Shown piece by piece: positions 36,016 to 49,262 of a stretch of 54,614 nt of DNA; positions within the stretch are counted from its first letter, which is position 1, and each line of letters starts with the position of its first letter. The translations under genes were made by a program, and so were the position numbers. The stretch spans positions 1-54,614 of the forward strand of contig JBEWZL010000195.1 in NCBI GenBank assembly GCA_045837725.1, read 5' to 3'. The notes beneath the pieces were generated by a model. That model was not told the origin of the DNA. It ran no database searches and saw only the letters and a list, made by a program, of their open reading frames with translations. This DNA is from Vermamoeba vermiformis. Lineage: Eukaryota.

Positions 36016-37213
36016 ATGTCGTCAGTTATCGTGTACGGTGCATCCGGTTACATTGGCCGCTATGTGGCTTATGGACTAAGAGACGGTAAGAACTGTTTAT
36101 GCCTTCGTTACTATTCGAGAATAGCATTGGAGAAAAGATAACAAATAAGACTTTTGGATCCAAACAACGAACTAACAAACATGTATCTTAAGCTGGATAT
36201 CGAGTCTACGGAGTCATAAGAAAACCTGATTTTGCGTCAACTTTACTTCAGCACGAAATCTTGCCGATCGTAGTGCCGTAAGTACTTTTCAACACTTCCG
36301 ACAACTTAACTGACTATCACACTTACTACAGTGATATGAAGAACCCCACTGATGAATTCAAACGAGCCCTAGTAGAGTCGATTTCGGTTGTTGATGCCAG
36401 TGGCATTAACGTGGATCTGCTCAATTACCTCGCGGAGCTGAACAAGAACGAGAAGAACCGCAACTACCAACATCAGTACATCGGAACTTCTGGCATGTTG
36501 GTGCATGACGGAGCTGATTATGTCGCCACCGAAAGAAAGCGTCCTTTCTCACCGATCCCTTTACTCATGGAGCGGATCCTGCTCGAAGACCGTGTTATGG
36601 GAGAAGATATCAATGGTGTCGTAATGAGACCAGGAGCGGTGTACGGATTGGACGGCAATCTCAGCGGACCAATTCCGAGACTTAACGAACGCACGTTTCT
36701 GATTGGTCAAAATGACGAGCTCAAAATTTACGGCAAACGCGACAAAAAGCTTGGTGTCGTGCATATTATCGACGCTGTAGCTGCTTATGTGTTGGCAGTC
36801 GAACAAGGTGTCCGTGGCAAGGTAAGTAATAGAACCTTCCTTGTTCATACTATCAGCTATAACAATGATGGTCGTATTAGGTCTACGATATCGTTTCGGA
36901 ATCTGTTTCGTACGATCAACTTCGCATTGCCACCGCAAAAGCTAGTGGTTGGAAAGGCAACGTGAAGTACGTCGACATCAACGACACTCCACCAGAGCTC
37001 TTCTTGTAAGTGCCTCCTATAAGTTCATATTCATGATTATTAATGATGCGCAATTACAGTGAGAAGTGGATGGACAAATCGATCCTTGCCGTTGGCACGA
37101 AACTTCGCAAAGAATTGGGCTGGAATCCAAAGCGCATTGGCTTGGTGCACGAGGTGGACATTTACTATCGTGCCTTCGTAGCTCAACGTCAAGCTTCTGC
37201 CAATACGCAATAA
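36016..37213 (+). CDS. NAD(P)-dependent epimerase/dehydratase family (atypical SDR)
   Basis: MSSVIVYGASGYIGRYVA Rossmann motif; YIGTSG, VMRPGAVYG, VHIIDAVAAYVLA and KLRKELGWNPK; stop TAA at 37211-37213. Confidence 0.85.
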
Positions 37214-37361
37214 GCACCTTAGCAGAAGAAATTGTGTCTCAAAGTCCTTTAATTTTTCGTCAGTCTAAACAATAAACATTAAAAAAACAGTTTTCTTTAT
37301 TAATCCATGTTTGCAGCATTAGATCAACAGTTTCTTTGTCGTATGTACATGAATAAGGCGA

Positions 37362-40300
37362 TTATAGTTTGTTGTCTGTTGCCTTCCAGAATTTAATACT
37401 ACCATTCAAACATGTTGAAGCCAACAAATCTTTGCCGTATGAAAGCGATGATAATGAAGTCTCGTGTGCCTATTTATAATGCCATTAGTCATTGTTCAAA
37501 CAATAACAGTATTAGGCAGCTCGATCTTCGTGCTAGAGATCTCATCTGAAACAGATTTTAGGCTGAGCTTACCTTAACAGCCACGGCCTTATCGCTGTTC
37601 ATAAAGTCCCAGACGTGAATTTGCATGTAACCTCCAATATAAATTTTGTTTCTAGTAGACAAAGTTAGTTCGTGTTCGGATGCGCGGTCAGAAGCTTGAT
37701 CCTAGAGCACTTACTCATTAGTATAAACACATGCTTGAAGTTTACGAGGCAATTTCGTTGTTTTGATGTGCTCAAAGTTGTTATTGGATGCATCCCACAC
37801 CTTGACAACATCGTCTGAGATCGTGACTAGCCGATCACCCTGCAGAACCACCAGTTAGTCTACCGATAGAGGAGTGTATAGGAAGGGTGTACATACGTTA
37901 GGCGACCATGTAATGGCGTTAATTGGTTTGTCATGAGCATCGCCAATGGTGCGCAGTTCGCGCTCGGTTGTGACATCCAAAATCTTGACCACCGTGTCAT
38001 AACCTGCAGCGACTGTGTCACCGCTGTGCGACTGGAATCGGGCAATCTTCTTAGCCGCGCCTTCGATCCATGACGAAGAGTTCTGTTCTTGCAAGTTCCA
38101 GAACCTAGTTGACAGGTTGTCAGATCAAAAGCCCGCCATCTGGATGTGACCGTTACGCTTACCTGAGAATACCGCCACTGTCAGAACTAGCCATCAGATA
38201 GGGTGTTCGTGGATGGAAATCGATGCTTGTAGCATTAAAAGTCTGATTATCGCTTTGACTGTAAATAAAAGGAAGATCAGACCGCGACAACCAAAAACAC
38301 ATCTACAAAACTTACATTGCAGGCATCTTCAACGTCAAATGAATAGACTTTGAGTCTGTATCCCAAATACGAATCGTTTCTTAAAAACAAATGCTGTTAG
38401 TACTCCGATCTGAAGGCATTGCAAAAATTCGTGACTTACGATCTTGCGCGCAAGTAGCAACGTATTTGGAAATAATAGGCGAGAACCGAACATCAACCAC
38501 AGAGTACGTGTGTCCTTCAAATGTCATCGCAGGCTCGCGTCTTTCAACGTTCCAAATGGTGACTTTCTTGTCTTGACCTGCTGTGGCGAGCAGCGATCCG
38601 TCCAAGTTGAAGTGCGAGGCCAATATTTTGTGCGGATATGTGATAGAACCGAGCTCTTCTAACTTAGCTTCTTGCTCTGTTTGCACTGAGTAGTTGTCAT
38701 CGCCAGTCTCTAAGAGCGAGTCGAGCAGGTTTTCGTTCTTATTCGAGTCATCGTTGCCCATGTCGAGGAAGCTTGACACGTCTGAGTCCTGCGACGGCTT
38801 CATTTCAACATCGTTCGGCATCATCATTGGATTGCTCATGTTTGGGTTGTAATACTATAGAGAAGTAGTCAGTAACAGATCCAAAAAGATTTGACACGTG
38901 TCACACCACACTTACGCCGTATTCCATTCCATTGCTCATTTGACCCTTTGGCATGCCGGGCATTGGTCCGCCCATATTCATTCCTGGAGGCATGCCCATT
39001 GTTGGCATGAAACGTTGGCCGTTAGGCTGACCGGGCGGCATGTACATCGTTGGTGGTCGACCGCCTGGCGCTGGTTGGCCTGGTCCACCTGGTCGTCCGC
39101 CCATTTGAGCCATCTTCGCGTACTCTTCGGCACTTGGTCGGTTTGACATGTATCCTCCTGGGGGCATGCCTGGTTGAGGAGGTTGACCAGTTGAGGGTGG
39201 CACGGGCATTGGTCCGCCTGAGAGAGGACCTGCAGGAGCTCCTGGCGGCGACATTCCTGGGCCTGGCATTGGACCGCCAGGAATTGGACCTGAAGAGCCT
39301 CTCATTGGCCGTCGTGGTTGAGCTGCACCCTTTGCGGAGCCGCCTGTACTGCCAGTTGGTGTTGAAGGTCCTGATTGATCCATTGGACCTACGCCGGGTT
39401 GCGATGATGCTCCACCTTGATTGGATTGTTGTGTGCCGCTTGCGTTCATGCGAATTCTTGTGACTGGCCCGCCTTGGTTCGCCGAGGGATTACTCCCATT
39501 ACTGTCGCCTGTGGGTTGAAACATTTCAGGATTTGACGAGCTCATTGTGCCGGGAGTGCTTGGCGTGTTCGGAGCGCTGCCCATCGCATTGGGTGAGTTC
39601 ACATTCTCGTGTCCCATGTACGGTGAGAATTTGGGTTGTCCTCCAGGGATCCCTGGCGCCCCCTTGGGGTAGTTTGGCATTCTCATTCCGTAAGGACCTG
39701 GTCCTGACCCGCCATGAGTTGGATGTGTCGGCATTCCTGGTGAGCCGCCTGGAGGCATTCCAGGACCGCCTTGCATTTGTGAAGGATTCTGCATGCCAGG
39801 ATAAGGCATCATACCACCAGGACCCGCCGAACCAGGGCCCATATTTGGTGGTTGACCAGGAGGTGCAGGTCCGCGAGAGACGCGAAGATTACGACCTGGA
39901 CCTGATTGTCCTTGGTGACCGCCCATGTCTTGAGGGTTACCACCAGGGATGTTTCCCGCTTGAGGGTTATTCATGCCCCAACCACCCTCCTGAGCCATCC
40001 CCGGGCCATCCCTCGAAGGAGGCTGGGTTGTTGGCTGTTTGGCCCACGACCCTTTGGGTACTTGAGTGGGACCAGGGGGGAAATTGGATGGCTGAGGCAG
40101 CTGCTGGTTTCCCTGCATATTGCTAAACATTTCGTGAGGCATGTTGGGATTTCCAGTCATCGAAGGTCCGCCGGGACCTCCTCCTTGGCCACCAGGACCA
40201 GCGTTACCATGAGGCGACGCGGGAGTAACGTTCATTGGTTGACCGGGATTAGGCATGCCAGGTGAGTTTGGGATGCCGCCAGGAGCGCCAGACATGTTTG

Positions 40301-42101
40301 AGAAATCTTTTGATGATCGCTGCGCACGAGACCGTTAGTGTCAGTCTAGATTGAATTCGATAGAACGAACCTTTTGCATGCGTGTCGCAGGACCCTTTGG
40401 TTGCATAGGGCCGGGACCTTGATTCATTTGAGGCGGGTAACCGGGAACAGGGCCGCCTGGTGCACCTCCTTGACCAGGAGCTCCACCAGGGCCAGGCATT
40501 GGACCACGAGGAGGCATGTTAGGGTTAACGCCCATCGGGCCGCCTTTACCCATGTTCATGTTCATCTCATTTGGATTGAAGAAGCCTTGTGGTGCGTTTG
40601 GGTTGCCTGATGGACCGGGACCGCCAGGGCCTGTCGGGAACCCGCTTGCGCCAGCCCAAGGACTACCAGGGCCTGCACCCGGGATTGGTCCCGAGGCACT
40701 GCTTCGATGTCCGGGCATACCACCAGGGGCCATGCTCGTGGGTCCTCCAGGAGCACCAGGACCGCTGGGCATGTTCATTGGCGCGCCTGGACCTCCAGGG
40801 GCACCCGGGCCCATTTGAAATGATCCAGGAGCACCAGGACCTCCAACTTGCGGACCTGCTGGCCCTCCAGTGGTCGGGTCTAACATGGTAGGTGGCATTC
40901 GATTTGACGGCGGGTATGGCACACCGGGTGGCATGCCAGGGCCGGGTCCTCCAGGACCATCACGTCTGGGTCCTCCTGGCACCTTAGAATAGTAAAGATT
41001 AGCTTGGTATTCACGATCAAACATTGATGGGTGTGTCATTTTGTGCTTGGATAAAATTTAAAAATAAAAATCGAGCAGGCGTAAGTAGGGCGTAAACGTC
41101 GGAGAGGTGATCCGATTCGTGGTAAAAGCATAAATGGGTATAATAGCTCTCATGTGACTACACATATAACATAACATCACATTTAAGTTATATTGCACGG
41201 TCACATTGAGGTTTCGCGATTTTTGCGCTTATTGCAATAATTCTTTTGCCAGACTAAAAAATCCCTACGCCTTAACGGTTAAATTAACAATAAAATGCGT
41301 ATTATTGTGACCGAGTTGAATAGCAGATAATTTGAGGATGGTGAAAAAAAAAACACCAAATCTAGCAGATTTTGCGACATGCGGAAAAATGATCAACCAT
41401 CGCTTCTGTCGCTTTGTAAAGTAATAAAAACGGGCAACCAATATTATTTATATAGTGCTGGCTATTTGCAACGGTCAAACGGTGGTTTCTGTCAAGCACA
41501 AGGGCACGATCAAAAATAATTGATTACTGTCTGAGCACCTCTCGAACCACAAAAATCCGTTCAATATTAAAAAAACAAACCGACAATAATTATAGAGGAT
41601 TTTCTGTATTTTAGAATAAAAGCTTACTTGGTCTGCCATGAAAGGGGGATTCCCATTGAAAGGTTGCCTTGGCTGCCAACCGACGGTCGAACCTCGTTGT
41701 CGTTGCATCTATATAATATAATTTTGAGCATTGGGCATGAAAATCGAGCAAAATCAACGAGCTCAATGTAAAATCTCGTTATATCCATACATCAACGTAG
41801 GCCTTCGCGTCAGGTGACGACGTCTTCTTAGTCCTCGCGCTAAATACATCCCAAAATACCGACCACCACTCCAAGAGAAAACCTCCTGGGGCACTGATTA
41901 GAACGGGATCGTGAGGCACTTGCGCTTCTTTCTGAAAAATATTGGCGCTCTTCTCTAGACCCTTCTTCCTCAGATAGTCCAGAATATATGCGTTCAGCCT
42001 ATTATTTAATTATTAATTAATTAACTCGGGTGATTATCCCGTTGCAAAGGGATTAAGGATGCTCACATCTGGTCTGCTTCCCACTTGCTGGTTCCTGACA
42101 T
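37362..42101 (-). CDS. LUG: LEUNIG-like transcriptional co-repressor (LisH/LUFS, long Gly/Pro/Met/Gln-rich region, WD40 repeats)
   Basis: MSGTSKWEADQM|LNAYILDYLRKKG...DPVLISAPGGFLLEWWSVFWDVFSART closely follows the plant LUG/LUH LUFS domain. C-terminal WD40 region includes HFNLDGSLLATAGQDKKVTIWN and GHTYSVVDVRFSP. Stop at 37364-37362. Confidence 0.85.
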
Positions 42102-42705
42102 GTAAGCGCAGTAGTGCTAATTAACGCATAATATTTACAAAACTCAACTCTTGTTGACGATCTGAACGATAAAGAAAAATAATTTCTTGACAGAAAACAA
42201 AATTAAAAGTCAACTCCGCCTGTCATTCTTGTTGACTCGCCCTTGGTAGCAGAAAACAAAGGCAATGCTATTTGTTAAAGAGCATATGTTTTAGTGCCCA
42301 TGCGGGTCTACAAAAGGAAGTTTAAAAAGGCCGTGATCTACGCGAAATTAAACTGAGCTTCCCTCTCGTGCTTCGTTAAAAATTTAATTAGAAATGGTGT
42401 TTAAGGATTATTTTACTTATTTTCAGACGAGTAATCCGACAATTGACGCGAGTTCGTCGTAGATGATCTTCGTGACATGCTCTTCTTTTATCTCAAATGG
42501 TCCAAAGGGTAATATGATGTAAATGAATACATCCCTTTACGCTTATGTGGCCTACTCTAGGCAGATTAATTGCCAATTTCACAATCACTCTTGCTTTTTA
42601 CCGTTACTTGACGGCGGTATTGCAAGGAAATTGCTTTGTTCTTGTAATTTTGCTCGTGCTAGCACACTGACAAATCAATAATGCGAGGTGGTAAATGTAG
42701 GCACA

Positions 42706-45700
42706 ATGTCTAACCCGTTGAAACGAGGACGAGAAGAATCGCAGCCGGATGTAGATGAAGGACCCAGCAAGAAACAGAAAATCTCCGAAAATAATATTTT
42801 AGATTATTTACACGATGAGTTAGTGCAACATATCTTGGTTTTTGTCCCACATGAGCATGTTGGTGAGTGATCGGATCTGATCCACGCTTGGCGAAGATCG
42901 TCTATAATTTTAATTAATTTGTAAATTATAAAAAATTGGTTTAACATTCGATTTTACTAATTATTACTTCAGGCAGTCTACGCTTAGTCTGTAAATTGTT
43001 CAACAACATTATTCAATCTCAAGAATACTGGCGAAGAAAATCAATTGAAGAATGGGACGCTGATGATGTAATACCAGAACCACGTGCTCTTTCACTATCA
43101 GCTTCGAGTGACGCTTTATTATCGAACACAGATTACTTGATCCCATTAATTAAAGGTTCGTAAGTTTAATATTGCAAAATCGACACGAGCTAATATATTA
43201 ATTAGATGGCTCGAAATTATTAATACATTGGAAGCAATATTATATCACCAGGTAACAAAGCTAATTTTTTGCGATCTTGTTTTTTGGCTAATACTTCTTT
43301 TAGGAAAAAATTACACAGTTTTATCGACGAATTAATTCCTAATTTTACCGAGGAAGACTCTGTGGTAATCATTTACTCCTTTTTACAAAAACCCGATCTG
43401 CTCACGAGATCTTTTGTTGGATCCAGGATTTCGACGATGTAAGCGAACTTAAAATCGCCGATATTAAGAATGTGTTGGGGTATATAGAGACCTATAATTG
43501 GGATGATGACGATCCAATCCTGTGGCCCGAAGGCAACAAATTTCAAAATAACTTCTCTCGGCTCATGTTCGATTGCACCGCTGAAATACTCTTAGTCTAC
43601 ATTAATAACGAAAAATGGGATGACGTGGAGCACATAACACGGAAAATATTTCCTAATATGGATTTAGCAGGAAGTTTTATAAATCACGAAGCGTAAGTCC
43701 AAAATTCCATTTTCTTTAAATGTTGTTATTACAATTATCTTGGAAATTTAATATATTAATACGCTTAATATAGAATATGCGTCAAATTGCTCCAGATCAG
43801 CGAGGCACTGCAAGACAAAGCTACTTACGTGGTTCCATACTTCCACAAAGCAGTCAGTTGCTTCAAAATTTTAAAAGAAGTAACGCCTTTCACGAAGAGA
43901 GTATACAGAAGAGTAGTAGACCAACAGATTAAGATGGGCTTGCTCACGCATTACTTGCCTCTACATCCGACAAAACACTTGCATTTCAGATACCCACAGA
44001 AAAGCTTCCAGGCTATTGTCTTAACAAAATTATACCCTTTAATCGAAGGTAAGAGGAGTACATTAATATATTCGATTATTAAGCCATTTCATCCCTAGAA
44101 CTTGTTCCGATCCTGTTTGCAACAGTGGCCAAGGTCTTTTACGATCCCAAATCTGATTGGAGGTCGCGAGCAAGTGCATTGGCGGCTTTAAGAACTGTTT
44201 CTATACCTGCTGACGATAAGTTGGCCTATGGCTTATTTGAGTAAGTACAACCGAAGTTTTACACGTGGCTAGATCTAAATATAATATATTTTCGTAGATT
44301 TGCATTAGACGCTATCAAAAGCGATAATGAAGAAGTATTGCACGCAGGTTTAGTGTTACTGTACGAGACTGCCACTTTTTGCGGTGATATTCATGAACGG
44401 ATCTCGGATGAGCAAGCGATCTGCTTGTTTCAGATAGTTACTCAACAAATTCGAAAGCAGCCTGTTCAACACGGGTAAGTTTAATGCTTTATACTATAGT
44501 TTCTTATTAATAACTCAACCATAGTTTGTTTCTCGTGGAAATTCTCGGCGAGTTGTTGGAACATCAAAAGTCTCCGTGTTTGAGCGATCAACTGCTTGAT
44601 GAGCTCAATAAGAATGTTTTATGGTTATTGCAACAACAAGGAGTCATTAATAACGGCTCTGTTGAATTCCACGCCTTGAACAAAATTCAAGATCTGGGCA
44701 AAATCTTCAGATCAAGAATGCGACCTGTAAGTAGCGCATCGATTAATACACAACCTGTATCTAATAAGAGCCGCTTAGTATCTGCCAGCATATAAAGAAG
44801 CGCTATTCAATATGGCCCTATCAGCCGACTTGAAGGCGAATCTGATCACAAACGAAGAGATCTTGGCAGTCTACTATGGACTACGTAAGTAGTTTTTTTA
44901 ATTTATATGCAATGATATAAATCTAATATTTTTTATTAGTTAAGGATACAGTCGAGGATTTTGACCGAGAAGGAAAGGTTCTGATAGATCAAGTCCTTCA
45001 AAACGCGGTCGGATTCGAAGTTCGTCATCCTCAATTCTTTGCTCTATGTGGAAATATAGTACAACAACATCACTTCCGTACTGAAGAAAATAGAGACCAG
45101 CTAGCATTAATTATCAAAGCTATGCTGGGTTTGTTTACTGATCAGATCCATCTGTACGGCCAATCGTTATATCCCGATGCAATGCTGCCAGTAGAAATTC
45201 CGTCGGATATTCCCGACACTCTCGATCAGTTCTTGAACGTGACCAAGGATATTATTATTGACAAGAAATTGACAGCCGACAAAACAGATCTGGCTGAATT
45301 TTTCAATTTTGAAGCCACGCCCGAGCCTCAAGATGTTAAAGAGACTAATTGTCCGTATATAGTCAAGGTCAACTTCCTTGACGTCTACGAGAATGATTTT
45401 GATCGTGTGGCCATTCGGCAGGTAAGCAGATCTAAGAACTAAATCCGCGTGACCAGATCTGACTTTCGTAATCAGGAATTATCCTCGCATTTTGGCATAG
45501 CAGCAATAGAAAATCTCATGGAGATTGCATTGCGAATGAAGCAAGATTTCCTCCCTTTTGCCCAAACAACACTTCACGTTGCCCTTGCATTGTTCCGCGT
45601 AGGGGTTCCGCCCAAGCACTATTTGACGTTTGGAATCGGAGAATTGCTCCAATTAATTAAGGACGAGCTCGGAGATTATGACAAGATGCAGTACGTCAAG

Positions 45701-46764
45701 ATTTTGACGCAACGCTTGGACTTCTTTTTCACGCACTATTTCGACACATTGCGCGCTCAAAGACTAGTATCGTCATTGAATCATTTGTATATGATAGTAA
45801 GTACATCTTATATTGATAAGGGTATATTAATTAATATTGTCTAGTGTGCGCACTATCAACTGAAAAATCCGTACATTACACCGACGGTCATTAAATGCAT
45901 GCTCGATTTTTTCTTGGAAGCAGAACAATCTCCGCATGACCCTCAGTGGCCTAAAGTGGTGCGTACATGATAATAAGACCTAGTAGTATTAATCCTGACC
46001 TATTTTTAGCTCCCTGAAATCATTCGAATCTACGTTCTCGGTCATCCGCGTAAAACTTATGCAGCGTTGTTGAAATCAAAGTTAAAAGAGAGTGGATGGT
46101 TTTTAACGACCATAGAGGCCAATGATGTAAGCACTTATCATAGTACTAAGTTTTCGTACCGGAAATCTGACAGCATTTCATAGCATCGTAGAAGCGCTGT
46201 CTTTGAAGCATTATCTTTTTTGGTGATATATTTTGGAATCGATTACTCTTTGGTAAGTTATCTTTTTTAATTTTTTAAGAAAATTAATCGTTTTTGTAGA
46301 GTCTGTTTAATTCTCCACTCCCGACCTTAGAACTCTTAAAGAGTAAGTAACTCGGTCATTAGCTTTCATATGTGCTTATTATTGCTATGATAGAGGTCAG
46401 AGATAGCTGCCTTCAATTTTATATGGAGACTAAGGCGACTCTGTCGCTGGGTACAAACGTCTTTTTGGAAGTTTTCATAGTGCTGAGCTCAGCAGCGCTG
46501 TTCAAGCAAGAAATATTGGAATTTAGATTTTTCCAAACGTTCATTTTTAATATGGAGATGATTACGGATGCGCTCGAAAAAATTACCAGTGACGAAGAAG
46601 TTAAGCAACAATACGGCACTGGCAACGAGGAGTTTGATAAGTTTATTGTCGAGGATATATTGGAGGCTCATCACGGATTTACGGCTTGGTATTGGGTCGG
46701 CGTATTGAAACATTACGGAAGAGTGCTTGCGTTGGAGAATAGTGAAGACAAACCTCCTGAATAA
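42706..46764 (+). CDS. F-box protein with long helical (HEAT/ARM-like) C-terminal region
   Basis: Bipartite NLS-like KRGR...PSKKQK; F-box ILDYLHDELVQHILVFVPHEHV|GSLRLVCKLFNNII...YW; many short introns; helical Leu-rich exons to the stop at 46764. Confidence 0.7.
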
Positions 46765-46924
46765 ACTTAAAGCTTACTCCACATCATAGTATTATTTATT
46801 AACTGATCTGTCTTTGGTGCCGTTGTGTTTTACTGGGGATTCAGGTTTTGACCAATTTTGACCGACGCAAAACTGAGGAGTTCGTGGCGATTTCTTCTTT
46901 TATGTATTCTGTAAAATAGCAACA

Positions 46925-48006
46925 ATGTCGGACGAAGACAGCTCAGGAAATAAAAATGAAAGCGATTCGGCGATCAGAGAACAAGATCGATACTTGCCGA
47001 TCGCGAATATCAACCGTATTATGAGGAAGTCTTTGCCTAATGCAGCAAAAATATCTAAAGACGCTAAAGAGTGCGTTCAAGAATGCGTATCGGAATTTGT
47101 GAGCTTTATTACCTCAGAGTAAGTAAATTTTTTTTCGGTTCGAGATCTTGCTTTTAACAATTCCGAAAAATATTATAATAATTACACAAAATATTTGGTT
47201 GCAGTTGAAAGCATAATATAGCATTGGAACCTTAACAGAATTAATTCCAAAATTAATTTAATTTTCGAGAAATTATACTAACCGGCGAATGATTAGAGCC
47301 AGCGAGAAGTGCGTCAATGAGAAAAGAAAAACAATTAACGGAGATGATATTATCGTCGCTTTATCCACATTAGGCTTTGATAATTATGTTGAGCCGCTCC
47401 GTCTTTATTTGCATAAATTACGCGAGGTAATTAACAGCTTTCCGAATATTGAAAATTAATTGCAACACATATTTGTCTTATTTACTAATTGTGATTTTTA
47501 TTCAAGTACAATTCACAATCGCAAACGAAAAAACCATCGTCGAAGCGAGGCGGTGAGGAAAGTTCCTCGGGTCCAAAGCAGACTGAAGTGCCTGCAATGA
47601 ATGCTGTCGCTATTCCACCCACCATGTATGCTAATTATAGCGTAAGTAGTACTACTGACCTAGGATTGATCATACATTTCGGTATCTTCTAATTACGACT
47701 TCATTTATTTGAGCTTTTAGATTAAAATTCTAGTTTACTTAGTATTGATGCAGAACTTATTTATAGTAAACAGTATTATACTGGATGGTTTTGACGAAAT
47801 GCAAATTGAGTTTTCGAGCAGATCTTTTGAGCTTTGTTTTGCTTGCCTTATTATTTTATTCTAACAATGTATTCGTATAGAACTACGCAGTGCCACCAGG
47901 TTTTCCCAAAACGGGTGCCTACGTGATCACACCTGGCGGTATTCCAGCTAGTACAATGGTTGGAGGTGAGCCGTCCACACCGCCTGAACAAAGCACGCAG
48001 CAATAA
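46925..48006 (+). CDS. NFYB: Nuclear factor Y subunit B (HAP3/CBF-A)
   Basis: [65 protein letters not shown]...[10 protein letters not shown]; four exons; stop TAA at 48004-48006. Confidence 0.95.
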
Positions 48007-48217
48007 TAAGCCAGTATTAGTTAAAATAGTCAATTTTAATAAATGTAATATATTGAAGAAAACGCAATTTCTTACCATAATAATTCAAAATTAAGCGCGC
48101 AACACCGGACGAATGGGCCACAAAACTGACAAATAAGTTCAAACAAAAAGTAATGCGCGAATACACTGATAATCAACTGCAATATTTTAATTGATAGCAG
48201 AAAACCACCACTGAAGG

Positions 48218-49029
48218 ATGGGCAACGCTTCGTAAGTGAAGTTTGCGTCTGAAGAATTAAATTTATATTACTCAAGTTGATTAATCGATTTTCAGCAGAA
48301 TAAATACAATAAATAGTGCACATGCAGCACAACTGGAGGATTTTGGTCTGCACTCACTTCCCGACGAGATTTTAGCGTTAATTGTTGACTATATTGATTT
48401 CCATGACTACATTTCATTGATTATGGCGTGCAAATATTCTTATAATAGTTTATTCGGCGCTGTAAGTATTTTTAAGTCAAGTTTAATTAACATTCAGCAT
48501 TTAACTAATTTTCAAATAATTTCTGCAGAACAATCTTCTTTGGTGCTATGCATGCAAGAGTATTGGCGGAGTTAATTATGTATTCAAATCTCTACAATTT
48601 TTAAAGCGCTGGAAGGATAATGGACAGATTGACTTAACACAAGCGCTCGACTTGACAGATCGCAAATTGATAGATCAACTTGACATGCGGGTACTTATTC
48701 GTGAATATAATTATCACATTGTCACCAAGGATATTATACGCAAAGGAATTATGGAAACTTATACTCGATATTATCTTTCTGACGAAGGAAAGTTCTACTC
48801 GAAGATCTCAATTGAAAAATACAACGTACTGCAAGTATGGACACTATATTACGTCAATAGCAAAGCTAAAAGCGCTAATTATAACACTGATTTTTATTAT
48901 TTGGTCGATTTGCAAGACTTTGTAAAAACAAAGGGTTTTACCAAAGACAAATTGGAGAAGTTTCCTTACGTGGCAGCAAATAGGCTCGTGGCTTATGTAA
49001 TACCATGGTATTCGAAGATTTTGGCATGA
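48218..49029 (+). CDS. Small F-box protein
   Basis: MGNAS|RINT...LHSLPDEILALIVDYIDFHDYISLIMACK...|NNLLW; three exons in consistent phase. Confidence 0.7.
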
Positions 49030-49262
49030 AATTGCAAGCTAACTCACGTTACGAGGCAGATGCGGCTTAAAGCCCTTAAACTGAAATAGATCCGCTTGCG
49101 AACTAGGAGCCGATATTTAAGAGATTAATAAAAATGAATTGTAACGATCATGTTTAATGCATTTGATTGGTTCTTAGCTCGGTGATTCGCAGGGTGGTTT
49201 AATTCTATGTACACTACTATGTTACAACAGGCATGGTTCGTACCCAATAAGGCAAATTACAA

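Noticed and set aside
38901-41039. Collagen-like or repeat-element interpretation of GPG-rich ORFs and their antisense ORFs
   Set aside because: There is no sustained Gly-X-Y periodicity. It is the low-complexity middle of the LEUNIG-like protein, and the antisense ORFs are GC-rich shadows.
49168-49255. tRNA-like A box (TAGCTCGGTG) and B box (GGTTCGTACCC)
   Set aside because: No acceptor or anticodon stem can be formed, and the T stem is only about 3 bp.
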